DNA of 64,000 nt from Lepidodermella squamata. Taxonomy: Eukaryota; Animalia; Gastrotricha. The notes beneath the pieces are model-generated. The model was not told where the DNA came from. It made no database searches and saw only the letters and a list, made by a program, of their open reading frames with translations. Below, in pieces: positions 46,543-59,046 of the stretch (positions within the stretch are counted from its first letter, which is position 1; every line of letters starts with the position of its first letter). The stretch is taken from assembly GCA_047495785.1 (NCBI GenBank), contig JBLDXI010000024.1:3472001-3536000 (forward strand), read 5' to 3'. The position numbers were made by a program, and so were the translations under genes.

Positions 46543-47056
46543 TTATTTTTCAACATCTTGACGCCTCTTTTTGGCGCGATTGAAGCCCTTCCGAAAAGCG
46601 GTTTTTGCAACCGGTTCTTCAGGCTTCGGACCACCAGCCCAAAATGAATTCAACGCATCTAGAAAGAGCGGCTCAATAAACAGGCAAAAACAACTTGAAA
46701 ATAAACCTACTTGAGACTACTTTGTCATTCATTGTAAGAAAAAACCTATTCACCATTGGCGTCCGCTGATCCATTTTAAACGAAGTCATCGGTTTGTGAA
46801 ATCGAAGCTTTGATTCTTCTTTTTGCAGAGGCTTTTGCTTAGATAAGGAGAACGCTTCCTTGGCTTCATCGTGCTCCATCTTCTCATCTTGAGCTTCAAG
46901 AATCGGCGCAACTGTCGGGTCTTCATCAGCTACATCGAAGCCGAATTTAAAAGTAGATGACGCAGCATCGGGAGCTGCTTCGGCCGAATTTCGCGCTTTT
47001 TTGGACTTGAACACGTCCACCAAGGCTTCGCGATCAATATGGGCCTCTGACTTCAT
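46543..47056 (-). CDS. Small protein resembling the NOL8 C-terminal region (two exons; may have upstream exons)
   Basis: Spliced C-terminus RFFLTMNDKVVSNALNSFW...FRKGFNRAKKRRQDVEK* recalls the NOL8 FFF..ND.....FW...K..KR tail. Similarity from memory only. Confidence 0.5.
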
Positions 47057-48972
47057 TTCAACAATTTCCTAGAAACACGTTGGTTTAGTAGAGAGTATGC
47101 GTCGGCTTCTGGCTACAATGAGGATTATTCAGCAGCGTAAAGCTGAAAACTGACCAAGGGAGAAGGGAGATGCTTGTTACGTAGTAAAATTACAATAATG
47201 ATTCCTCTGTTTCGTGAAAATAAACACGAAGTCTCCCAATACCTCTAGACAATAGATAAGCTATTTCGCCGTTAATAGTCTCACAAGTAAATAACAACAT
47301 TTATCAACTGTGGAGAGGAAACTAAGAGGCTTGTAGCTGCAGATTGTAAAGCAAAGTATTCGACTAGCATTGTGAGTCCACTGAGTATGAAATTTAGCCA
47401 CTCCAAATTCTACAAATATACAGCATTTGTGATCTGATTGCGGGTGGATTATGACCAAAGAAATACTAAGGTAATTTTTGCAATCACCGCTAACAAACGT
47501 CAAGCTGTCGACTCTGAATCTCGCCATCAGCGATAAGCGGTTGTAGTTCAACCTGATGAAAATGGAAGTATGTAATCAAGAGGTGGACTGTCTGAATAAG
47601 AGGATTTCAACACTTAGTTCGAGGGAATACATACTTGATAGTACGTAACGCATTTTAGTGTTTCAGATGAAGTTCTGGCAAACGTCAGTGCTAGAAAATT
47701 TGACCAATACCAATCACAAATTTGGCTATGACATTAAGATCAACACTTCGCCAAGTGATCCATCGCAGCACTCCTGGCCATATTAAACCCGGTTCAAGTT
47801 GTGTGTTGTGGTCGAAGAATGAAGAATCAACGGCATCAATCGACTTGCAAGTTTAATACTCGCAATATGAAGCGAAAATGCAGTATTCAGTTAGCAGGCG
47901 TGAGGCGAGTCATGACCAAAGTTCCGCTTAACACAAACCCAAAGTACTCAGTACTGTAAGTATGTCTCAGGACTTCGCAATCGACCGAGAACTCTGCGCA
48001 TCGCACCTGATTTAAAAATATATCATGCGGCATTCAGTTTTGAAAAATTTCGAAAGCATATATTAGGGCATTTTTATACGTTGAATCGGCATTATTTTTC
48101 AAGGTCATTATTTATCCTGCAAGCCCGCGCGCTTTCGTGTGACTTTTTTGGGGTGATCTTTCTGCGAATCCAGGTGGCTTTTCAAAGGGCATTCCGGAGC
48201 CCGGAACCAGGAACCGGAAACCGGGAATCTGGAGACGTAAGCCTGAAGTTTGAAGTTGACCCGATTTCCGAGCCTTCTTAAGAGAGCTACCACTTCGTTG
48301 TGGCTTGTGGTCTGCGAGCCACGTGCGATACGTGATACTAATTTTTTCCAGTTTCATCTCTTGAATCCTTGACTTTGCCGAAGCCTTGCAGTCCGATTTC
48401 TGCTACATTGTTGGGTTTTATTGAAACTTGGTTGTGTCTCGGATTTTGCTTTTTTCGCACAGGGGCTACGTTTCGTGATGAATCACTTGATGAATTTCGG
48501 CTTGTCCCATTTCTCAAAGTTATTAAATGCGTTTTGGACTTTTTAATACGCCATCTATCGTCCCGATTTTGGTCAGATGAATCAAATATCGAACTTTTCG
48601 CACTGTTTTCAGGCGCATGGCGGCATCACAAGGTTCTCCAGTGATATTGTAAATTTTGTTGGTTTGGCAGCCACTGGGAACTGTAATTTGTGCTTTAATT
48701 GCCGCCTAGGGGGAAATCATTGGAGAGATGATAGACATGATAGACAGAGTCGGCAAATTCTCATTAACCTTGAACTGCCGATGAAAAGGTTGGTTTCTAC
48801 CTCTGCCACTTACTTTCGCTTGGATTAAATGCGTAAATAATGCCGGTTAAACATCAACAGTTTCATGTTCGTTATCGGGACTCATCTTAACAATTATCAT
48901 AATGCACATCTAGAGCCAGCTTCTTTTACTTTCATGAGTTAACATGTTTTTAGGCTTTGAGCATTAATTAAA

Positions 48973-51114
48973 ATGGAAAGCGAGGAACCTCGACGTAAAG
49001 TGCCCAAGGCGATGAAGGTAAAGAACAAGATGCCGGCTCCGATTCAAATCACAGCCGAGCAGCTCCTACGTGAAGCCAAAGAACGTGAGTTGGAAATTCG
49101 AGCTCCGCCACCGAAGCAGAAAATCACCGATCCCGATGAATTGGCTGAATTTCGCCTGCGAAAGCGCAAGGAGTTTGAAGATGCGATTCGTAAAAACCGC
49201 ATGGCTATCGGCAACTGGCTGCGATACGCTGCGTTCGAAGAACAGCAAGGCGAACTTGCTAGAGCCCGAAGTGTAATCGAACGCGCCCTCGATGTCGACC
49301 ATCGCAACATTCAAATTTGGCTGCGATACGCCGAGATGGAACTTCGAAACCGCCAAGTTAACCATGCAAGAAACGTATTCGACCGTGCTATCGCGATTTT
49401 ACCTCGAGCTAATCAATTCTGGTACAAATATGTTTACATGGAGGAAATGTTGGAGAACATTGCCGGTTGCCGGCAGGTCTTCGAACGCTGGATGGAATGG
49501 CAGCCGGATGAACAAGCGTGGAATTCTTACATCAACTTCGAACTTCGCCAGAATGAACCCAGCCGTGTTCGTAACATCTACGAACGTTTCGTCCTTGTTC
49601 ATATGGAGGTGAAAAACTGGGTTCGGTACGCTAAGTTCGAGGAGAAGTTCACTGATGTCGCATCAGCTCGTCGCATTTACGAGCGAGCTGTTGATTTCTT
49701 CGGCGGAGAAGGCACTGGCCTTGAACTCGACATGGATCTACTGATGGCATTTGCGAAGTTCGAAGAGCACCAGCGCGAATTCGAACGCGCTCGCGCTATT
49801 TACAAATTCACGCTAGACCACATTCAGAACGATCGCGAGAAATGCGAAGTAGTTTATAACAAACTGTCAGCACTGGAAAAACGTTTCGGCGAACGGTCTG
49901 CGATTGAAGATGTCGTGTTGTCTAAGCGGAAATTTCAGTACGAAGAGCAATTGCGTGAAAATTCGCATAATTACGACGCTTGGTTTGACTATTTGCGCCT
50001 AGCCGAGTCGAATCAGTGGCCAACCGATCAAGTTCGTGATTTATTTGAAAGAGCCGTTGCTGCTGTCCCGTTAGCGGCTGAAAAGCGGTACTGGCGCCGC
50101 TATATCTACCTCTGGATTAAATACGCGTTATATGAAGAATTGGTTGTGAACGATCCAGAGCGGACAAGATCTGTTTACCAAGCCGCCTTGAAAATTATCC
50201 CTCACAAAAAGTTCACCTTCGCGAAACTATGGCTGATGTACGCGCATTTTGAGGTGAGGCAAAAAGACGTTGCTGCCGCGAGAAAAGCGTTGGGAACTGC
50301 AATTGGCATGTGCCCGAAAGAGAAGCTATTTCGAGGTTACATCGAGCTCGAAGTCCGGCTTCGAGAGTTCGACCGTTGCCGCCGTTTATACGAAAAACTG
50401 CTGGAATTTAATCCTGAAAATTGTGCGGCTTGGGTGCGATTTGCTGAGTTGGAATCAGCCCTCGGCGACTACGAGCGAACCCGGGCAATTTATGAATTAG
50501 CCGTCGATCAACCTCGGCTTGACATGCCTGAGTTGGCGTGGAAGGCCTACATTGACTTCGAGACTGCGCAGAACGAGTGGGATAAAGCTCGTGACTTGTA
50601 TCGGCGGTTACTCGTGAAAACGGACCATTCCAAAGTTTGGCTGTCGTACGCGAGATTCGAGTTGCAAGTCGATGAAACTGAGCAGTCGATTGAAAGGGCT
50701 CGAAAGGTGTTCGAAGAGGCTAGCCAAGCAATGCGGCAGAAAATGACTGGGTTCAATGCTGGTCAGGCTGAACCTGGCGTTATCGAGCAACGCGTCTCTA
50801 TTCTCGAAAATTGGCTTCGATTTGAAGAAGCTCACTTGCCTGAAAATTCGTCGTCTACCGAAAATCTGGACAAAGTTCGGAAACTACAGCCAGAGCGCGT
50901 GAAAAGGCGTAGGAAGATCACGCTAGAAGATGGCGAAGACGGTGGTTGGGAGGAGTATTGGGACTATGTGTTCCCTGAGGATGAAGCCGCAAAACCGCAC
51001 TTGCGACTGCTCGCTGCTGCGAAAAAATGGCGCGAGAAGAAACTGGTCATGCCCGAAGCGCAAAATTCGCAACCCGACGACGGCGAATCGCGCCAGGAGA
51101 ATGACAATAATTAA
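48973..51114 (+). CDS. CRNKL1: Crooked neck-like splicing factor (HAT repeats), intronless
   Basis: KVKNKMPAPIQITAEQLLREAKE...FEDAIRKNR, HAT repeats, GWEEYWDYVFPEDE...L.LL..AKKW. Confidence 0.97.
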   Translation: MESEEPRRKVPKAMKVKNKMPAPIQITAEQLLREAKERELEIRAPPPKQKITDPDELAEFRLRKRKEFEDAIRKNRMAIGNWLRYAAFEEQQGELARARSVIERALDVDHRNIQIWLRYAEMELRNRQVNHARNVFDRAIAILPRANQFWYKYVYMEEMLENIAGCRQVFERWMEWQPDEQAWNSYINFELRQNEPSRVRNIYERFVLVHMEVKNWVRYAKFEEKFTDVASARRIYERAVDFFGGEGTGLELDMDLLMAFAKFEEHQREFERARAIYKFTLDHIQNDREKCEVVYNKLSALEKRFGERSAIEDVVLSKRKFQYEEQLRENSHNYDAWFDYLRLAESNQWPTDQVRDLFERAVAAVPLAAEKRYWRRYIYLWIKYALYEELVVNDPERTRSVYQAALKIIPHKKFTFAKLWLMYAHFEVRQKDVAAARKALGTAIGMCPKEKLFRGYIELEVRLREFDRCRRLYEKLLEFNPENCAAWVRFAELESALGDYERTRAIYELAVDQPRLDMPELAWKAYIDFETAQNEWDKARDLYRRLLVKTDHSKVWLSYARFELQVDETEQSIERARKVFEEASQAMRQKMTGFNAGQAEPGVIEQRVSILENWLRFEEAHLPENSSSTENLDKVRKLQPERVKRRRKITLEDGEDGGWEEYWDYVFPEDEAAKPHLRLLAAAKKWREKKLVMPEAQNSQPDDGESRQENDNN

Positions 51115-51292
51115 CGCTCTTTCATCATGATCAATTTTTTTCCCGTTGTTCAAGCTCAGAAAGAAATTAACCACGCTGTTCTTTATTAATCGCAATCTTT
51201 TTTAATCTCGTTTGATGACGCTGAAAAATTACGTCATTTTTTATTAAGGCGGATTTTTGTAATTTTTAGCTCAATTTTTTAAAAGTTGAGAT

Positions 51293-54200
51293 ATGGCTCA
51301 GTCTTTCTTGCGCCCGTCGCGCCTTCTGCTGCGCCACGCTCGGTTTTTGAACCTCCAGGAGTATGCCAGCAAGGGTTTGATGGCGGAAAACGGGTTGAAC
51401 GTTCAGCGATTCCGCATGGCTGAAAATGTCGACCAGGCGAAGGAAGTTGCGAAGACTTTCAAGGTGCGCGAGTACGTCATCAAGGCGCAGATTTTGGCCG
51501 GCGGTCGCGGCAAGGGCACGTTCTCGAACGGCTTCAAGGGCGGCGTCCATCTGACGAAAAAGTAATTTTTTTTATTCCTGAACTTGATTAGGTATTTGAT
51601 ATTCAAGTTGTTTTCTTTCACCCTGATTTCCTCGATTTTATCGAAATTAGAGCTAACAGCTATGGGTTTATAAAGAATTTTGGGTATTGGGCATTTCTTA
51701 CGATTTCAGCTCCTCGAGGCTCTCTGCGTAGAGTGGCAAAATCTATGAGATCTATCGAATTTGTTGTAAATTGTCCCTAGTGATGAAGATTTTCTTAATC
51801 GAAACGAAAAATCAATCAATTTTTCATTCAATTGCCTCAAGTTCTGTCGAAATCCAAATTCGAATAGGAAACTAATTGAAATCGATTCGGAATTCATCAA
51901 TTCAATAAAATTACTCAAATTAAGTTCATATCGATTGATTTTTGTCAGCAAGAGCTTTGAAGTGCCCCGATCAAGAAATCCGGTATGCACGGCAATTGAT
52001 TCACCAGTAACAATTTTGCGAAGATACACTGCCCTAAAAGTTGAGAAAATAAGATAATATTATGGGTCGGGTGTCCAGAATTCAAGATCATCAATAGATC
52101 AATAGATCCTACAAGTTTAAATTCAATTTAATCCATTCGTAAGAACTGCACATCCACTCAACCTTTTATCTGCCAATTTTTTCTTGAAACTTGCAACTAA
52201 ATTTTTTTATCTAAGAACAGCTTTTCAGCCTCGATAAGGTCTGATAAAACATGTCCCCGTTTTGATTATTAGGCCGGAGGAAGTCGCCAAGTTGGTCAGC
52301 AGCATGTTGGGCCACAAGTTGGTCACGAAACAGACTCCGCCTGATGGTGTCCTCGTGCAGAAGGTCATGATCGCCGAGGCTCTGGACATTGCCCGCGAAA
52401 CGTACGTCGCCATCATCATGGACCGCGACTCTGGCGGTCCCGTCCTCGTTTGCAGCCCCATCGGCGGTATGGACATTGAGGAAGTGGCTGAGAAGAACCC
52501 GGCCGCGATCTTCAAGCTGCCGATCAACATCGAAAAGGGCCTGTCGAAGGAGGACGCGCTGAAAATGGCGAAGAACCTCAAGTTTGAGGGCAAGAAGGCT
52601 GAAACCGCCGCTGATCAAATTCAAAAGTTGTACCACCTGTTTTTGAAGGTCGACGCGACCCAGGTTGAAATCAACCCGTTCGGCGAGACTCCTGATGGTC
52701 AAGGTTGGACAATTTCACTCAAAAAATTTTCTGATTTCATTTTGATGGTTTTTAGTTGTCTGCTTTGATGCGAAGATCAACTTCGATGATAATTCCGAGT
52801 TCCGTCAGAAGGAAGTTCACAAGCTGGACGATATGTCCGAGTCGGACCCGCGTGAAGTTGCGGCCGCCGCTGCTCGTTTGAACTACATTGGCATGGATGG
52901 AAATATTGCCTGCTTGGGTAAGATTTATTTTTCGAATTGATCTGCCTTAACGGTCCTCAATTGGACGCGCGCGGGGTATTTTTCAATTTTTTGCTGAAAA
53001 GAGCGTTCATTTTTCATGTCTTTCAATTTTTAATAATTAATCGACTTGATTTTTTTTTCAATTTTCCAAAAGAACTTTCAAAGTTATTGGGATTTTTTCT
53101 TCAAATCAATTCTGCTAATCTATTGAAATTGATTCAAAATTGTTTAGGATTGCCATTTCGCCATAGTTATCGGGCTTACGCTGATATATTCTTGATGCAT
53201 ATCCTAAGAAAGCACAAGAAAAGAATCAACAGTAGTGCTGATTGGATGTATTGAAAATTCGATTTGCGGAACAAACTGGGTCCCATTTTTCCTACTGATT
53301 CCTCCTTCAAGTTAGGCCCCACAAACTGACAGATCAAGTACTGCGACTTGAATATCGTTTCTACCTTTTGTGACCTGAGAAAACAAGACACTTGATGCGA
53401 GATCGTATTGAGAACGCCCTCGTTACACTAGCGAGTGGTTGTCTACGTGGCGTGCAGGTAGCGTTTCCGGATTAAGTTTCCTCTCCCCTCGCTTTTTTGC
53501 GTTCGCCAATTGCGCCGGCGCTTGTGTCAATTCACTTCTCGATGACGCTAATTGCGAAAAGCAAGCGACCCGGTCAGCAGCCGCCTATTTGCTTAGCATT
53601 ACACTCTAGGATACTGCTACATGCATTGTCTCGTCCTGCGCATATTATGGTTGGCTGGCCGGTTGGTTGGTTACCTCGGGGTGTTTGCCTTTGTTAATAA
53701 CAACAACAATGCGGCCGTTCGTTCATGAAAGCAGTTACGACGAGTGATTACGATGATTATTAGCCAATCGATCCGGGTCGCGCCGTCGTAATGAAAAAGG
53801 CGCGCGTCTCTCATGTGGGGCGCGCCTGAAGAGGCCGCAACGAGTGCGCGCTGCGTTAAAAAAACCTACACAGCAGCAGTAGCTTTATATCTGCGTGAAT
53901 TATGCGTAGATGATGATGATGAGGATTGTGTGATTATTTTGTGGCTTGGCCGCGCAGCTGCTGTGCTCGCGAGAATGAATAATCTAAATGCAATATACGC
54001 GATATTCCCGCTTGGCCTGCTTTCATACATATATATGTGTATGTGCACTACAACTGACCAATGTAATTTAGGTCCGTCATAGTAGTAGCAGAGTCATAAC
54101 TAGACACAACTGCTGTAAAGCTGCGTGTGTTTTGTCAAGTGAAAGCGGCCGTTAATCTTGTAATGTCACCTGTCACGCGTCTCATTTTCCGGCCTAATCG

Positions 54201-54737
54201 TAAATTTTTTAACGAGGCGCTCAAAGCAGAATACATAAAAATGAGTAATAAAATGTAAGCGCAATTATGATATCACGCGACACGTGTGCGATAAGATTGT
54301 TGTTGTTTTGACGAAATCAGTTTGCACCTTTTTCAAATGTTGTATTACTACTTTCAGTCAATGGCGCCGGTCTTGCCATGGCGACTATGGACATGATTCA
54401 CCTGCACGGCGCTGAGCCGGCTAATTTCTTGGACGTCGGCGGTAACGTGAAAGAAGACCAGGTCGCCGATGCTTTCCGCATCATTTCGTCGGATAAGCAG
54501 GTCAAGGCTATTCTGGTCAACATTTTCGGCGGTATCGTCAACTGCGCGACTATTGCGAACGGTATCACGAATGCCTGCCGCAAAATTGGTCTTAAACTGC
54601 CGCTCGTTGTCCGCCTTGAAGGCACTAATGTGAATGAAGCGAAGAAAATCCTGGCCAATAGCGGCCTGCCGATCATCTCGGCTGTTGATTTGGACGATGC
54701 TGCTACAAAAGCTGTTGCTGCCATTGCTGCTAAGTAA
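51293..54737 (+). CDS. SUCLG2: Succinate-CoA ligase GDP-forming beta subunit (exons 51293-51561, 52273-52703, 52756-52917, 54358-54737)
   Basis: [54 protein letters not shown] (GDP-type rather than the SUCLA2 IMRCD). Confidence 0.95.
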
Positions 54738-55092
54738 TTATAAAACTAAAACATTCCGGAAACCGGTTGCCCCTGTGCGCTAATGATTAAAGACTGATAA
54801 TATGTGTATCGTGATGTGCTTATCTTTTCGCTGATATTTGTTGAGGTGAAACCAAGTAAATCGGTAATAAACGTGCGGGATATTCGTTCATGAGGTTGTT
54901 CCCGTAATTCAGCCCAAACCATTGCCTGGAGTATGATTATTATTTTTTAATAAACTGGTCAGAGGATTTGAAGGCTTTTTCGATCAGCTTTTTCAGTCAC
55001 ACTTGACATTGGACAAGGCGGAAGCTACAGAGAATCAGATTCCTGATTTGTGGAGAGTTCAACTCTGAAAAAGAAAAACCATCTTTCTTTGC

Positions 55093-56775
55093 AGTGTTTG
55101 CCTGGTATTCACGAAATCTGCGACGCAGGAACGATAGGCATTTGATGGCCGGGAAATGTATTTTACCCAGCTCTAGGAAGCAACAACTGAGGTGGATGAG
55201 ATGAATCTAAGCTCCGGGAGGAAGCTAAACCTAGCCATCGAGTAATAAAGGCAATCTGAAGGCACAAGGGAGAACTAAAATAAATGACGAACGGAGCCGA
55301 CAAATATAAAACACGCGATTCATTATTTAATTGACGTGTCGTAATCGGCCAAGAAAAACATCTCAATCAGTTATTCCGTGTTGGTTCATTTCTTCAATTC
55401 ATGCTCGAAATTCGTTTTCTTCCCTCTCTCTGTCACACGAACATGGTTTCATTTCATTGCCCTCATCACGCAGAATATCAACGGAACATAATTTATTACC
55501 GCCGCGATATCAATTCGCGGAAGAAACAGGCGTTGATATCAGCTGAGAACAATGGCCTGAAAACAAAGAAAACCAGGTTCGCCGGACGAAAATAGCGCCA
55601 AATCCAGTATAAACGTATATAGCATGTCAAGGCCATAAAATAAAATTCTCAAATAAATAAATCTTGCTCTTATAAATTGTTACTAATTATTTTTGAATGA
55701 CTAGCGTATTATTTTGACGGAGATTTTCTGCCTCAAAACTCCAACTATTTCCCCAAGAAATTGCACTTTCTCCAGTGTTTGTGTCCTCACAATGTAAGGT
55801 ACTCTTTGCCAACTCTCTCGTCTACGTCAAAACATTCAAGCCAAATGGCAAGGTGTTACCCCGTTAGTTTGCTAGTTTTCTCGGCCAACATGTTTTGCTG
55901 CAGTCATCCCTTGTTGTCACCATTCTACCTGTCACCAGCAGAAGTCTCTAGCAACAAGGGATGACTGCAGCAAAACATGTTGGCCGAGAAAACTAGCAAA
56001 CTAACGGGGTAACACCTTGCCATTTGGCTTGAATGTTTTGACGTAGACGAGAGAGTTGGCAAAGAGTACCTTACATTGTGAGGACACAAACACTGGAGAA
56101 AGTGCAATTTCTTGGGGAAATAGTTGGAGTTTTGAGGCAGAAAATCTCCGTCAAAATAATACGCTAGTCATTCAAAAATAATTAGTAACAATTTATAAGA
56201 GCAAGATTTATTTATTTGAGAATTTTATTTTATGGCCTTGACATGCTATATACGTTTATACTGGATTTGGCGCTATTTTCGTCCGGCGAACCTGGTTTTC
56301 TTTGTTTTCAGGCCATTGTTCTCAGCTGATATCAACGCCTGTTTCTTCCGCGAATTGATATCGCGGCGGTAATAAATTATGTTCCGTTGATATTCTGCGT
56401 GATGAGGGCAATGAAATGAAACCATGTTCGTGTGACAGAGAGAGGGAAGAAAACGAATTTCGAGCATGAATTGAAGAAATGAACCAACACGGAATAACTG
56501 ATTGAGATGTTTTTCTTGGCCGATTACGACACGTCAATTAAATAATGAATCGCGTGTTTTATATTTGTCGGCTCCGTTCGTCATTTATTTTAGTTCTCCC
56601 TTGTGCCTTCAGATTGCCTTTATTACTCGATGGCTAGGTTTAGCTTCCTCCCGGAGCTTAGATTCATCTCATCCACCTCAGTTGTTGCTTCCTAGAGCTG
56701 GGTAAAATACATTTCCCGGCCATCAAATGCCTATCGTTCCTGCGTCGCAGATTTCGTGAATACCAGGCAAACACT
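55093..56775. repeat. Large palindrome: 824-bp arms (55093-55916, 55952-56775) with 35-bp spacer
   Basis: Arms are reverse complements with no mismatch noticed. Mirrored identical ORFs in the track (paired coordinates sum to 111868). Confidence 0.97.
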
Positions 56776-59046
56776 TGGCTAGTTCCGAGAGGGCGTTGCG
56801 AACGAGGCGGCGAATCGCATCGGCCTTGTGCGTAGTCGGCACCAACACGTGCTCCAGCGTGAAGATAAACTTGGCCATCTCCGTCGTCATGAACTCGATG
56901 TTGATGCCGAGGAAGGAGTACCGAGCGCGCGAGGACCAAATATCGCAGTAGGCTGCAAAACAAAACAAAATTGTAAGTTTATGTGTCAATCATCACGAAA
57001 ATGAAAGAAAACATACCCGAGAAAGCGACGGCCTCGCGGAAGATGGCCACGCACTGCGACATGAGCGCGTCGAGCAGCTCGTTCTGCTGATTGATAACGG
57101 TGCGAACATCGGGCAGCTTGAGTTCGGCATTGCCGGCGGCAGATCTAACACAGACGGCGAACATGTTCGACTCGCAGCGGCCCGTGATTGTGTAGACCGG
57201 TGCGTAATTGACGGCCGAGTAAAGCGCCATCGACACGACAAGAGGCGGTGGTGATGCACTGGGCGCGCCAACTGCCAGGTTGCCGTCGCTTGCCGCCACC
57301 AGAGCCGGCTGCTCTGTCTTGGTCTTGTCCTTGAGCCAGGCGCCATGTTTCTCACGGAAATGACGCAGCGGTACTGACGAGAACGCGCCTTTGACTGCAA
57401 CCAGCCGCTGCTTGCACGTGACCTCGGTGCCGCTGCTAGTCAGTTTGACGACCTGGCATTCGACGCGATACCTGTCCTTCGGTAGGACTGCCAGGATTTT
57501 GACGTTATCGATCAGCAGTTGATTCTTCGTGAGACTTGCGATCGGCGGCACTGGCTTGTTGAGTAGCGTTGACGATTCAGATGACGATTCGGACGACGAC
57601 GGCCCGGATGACGTGGAAGACTGCGACGAATCGTCGATGATGACTAGTGCAGGTGGTGCTGGCATGAGATGTCAAAATTGATTGAAAGCTAAGTAGTGCT
57701 GAGTGATGTTTGATACTTCAGGTAGAATGAGTCCCGCAATTTATACCTGTCTCTGGGCAAAAGCGGCCAATCGCGTGTTGTTGCATATTATTACCGGTTT
57801 ATTGTTCTCGGGATTACCGGCCAATGGGATTAACAGCTCGATTATTAGCTAATTATTAACTTCCTTAAACGCGTTCTTATTCGTCCAGGTGAGTTAATTG
57901 CGCGCGCGCTCCCATTCTTCTATTGTTAAGGAGGCGAGCGCGCGCGCGTGCCTCGATGAGAGTCAAGGCGCGCTCGAGTCATTGGTGTTAATGCGTGCGC
58001 CTGTCACTCACCTCCGACGTGAGCAAGAACAACCGTTTGGTTCCTGTTTTCAACCGGTTCAAATTTGACGTAGTAATTACTCATGATCTGCGCGAGTCAC
58101 TTCTATCTTTACTTGTATTCCTGCTGCCTTGTGAGTAATATAGAGGAGATGAAGCTTGCGCGCGCACACAGCGAGAGCTGTGCGACCGCGCACGTTTTCT
58201 TGAGGTAACTTTTTTGCTATAAGGAATTTCGGAGAGATTTTTGCAGATTCAGAAAGCTCGACTCAAAATACAGTCGCTCATGTTTTCATTTTTAGAATTA
58301 TCTCTTGTCAAATTTGAGCGCTCGAGCTCAAACGTCGAAAAATCACAAAATCTAGCTAAAATTACCCCTTTTCAGACGCCCAGCGCTTAGTTGCAGTAAA
58401 CTTAATTGAAAAAATAAAAACATGAGCGACCGTAATTTGAGCCGAATTTTTCGAATCTGCAAAAATTTCTCCGAAATTCCTTATAACAAAAAAGTTACCT
58501 CAAGAAAACCAAACCCCACTTTTTAGATCAGTAAATCATACAGCGCGCTGGTCGCACAATAGCCCTATACAATTGCGTGCGCGCGCGCGCAAGCTTCATC
58601 TCCTCTATATTACTCACAAGCCTGCTGCAGCGATGATAGATGAAAATTTGACGGAAAAATCAGGCGGCATATATGACACATTTACTTCCATCCAATTAAA
58701 AGTTGTGTGCTTTGATTTGCTTTGAATTGCTTTGTTTTGTTTTGTTTTGAGCTTTGGAAAAACCAAAGCAACGCCAAAACAGGAGGTGTGTTTTGATTTG
58801 TTTTAAATCGCTTTGTTTTGTTTTGTTTTGAGCTTTGAAAAAACCAAATCAACGTCAAAATTGGAGGTGTGTTTTATCTTTGCTTTGATCAAAACTACGT
58901 CAAAACCAAAGCACTGCATTGAACTTTCAAAACAAGCCAAATCAAAACATGATCGGGTCAAAACAAACATTTTCAAAACAAAAACACGTTTTTATTCGTC
59001 AAAACAGTCAAAACTCAAACCAAATCAAACCAAATCCCTATCACTG
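56775..59046 (-). mobile_element. 5' part of hAT transposon (5' TIR, subterminal repeats, truncated transposase)
   Basis: TIR cagtgatagggatttggtttgatttg starts at 59046 (minus strand). caaaac/gttttg subterminal repeats. 57730-56775 is the reverse complement of 60776-61731. Confidence 0.88.
58128..58620. mobile_element. 493-bp foldback MITE with 8-bp TSD nested in the hAT 5' region
   Basis: TIR cttgtgagtaatatagaggagatgaagcttgcgcgcgc at both ends, further ~100-bp internal inverted repeat, TSD cctgctgc at 58120-58127 and 58621-58628. Confidence 0.92.

Noticed and set aside
47261-48830. Scattered exon-like segments between the NOL8-like gene and CRNKL1
   Set aside because: Could not assemble a consistent spliced reading frame on either strand.
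53410-54222. Possible insertion in the SUCLG2 intron bounded by cgcc(c)tcgtta inverted words
   Set aside because: Match is short and imperfect, with no TSD.
55163-56705. Pairs of identical short ORFs on opposite strands
   Set aside because: Consequence of the palindrome. No recognisable products.
58700-59040. caaaac/gttttg repeat arrays (also 63640-63890) as a CRISPR-like or satellite array
   Set aside because: No repeat-spacer periodicity. Position matches hAT subterminal repeats.
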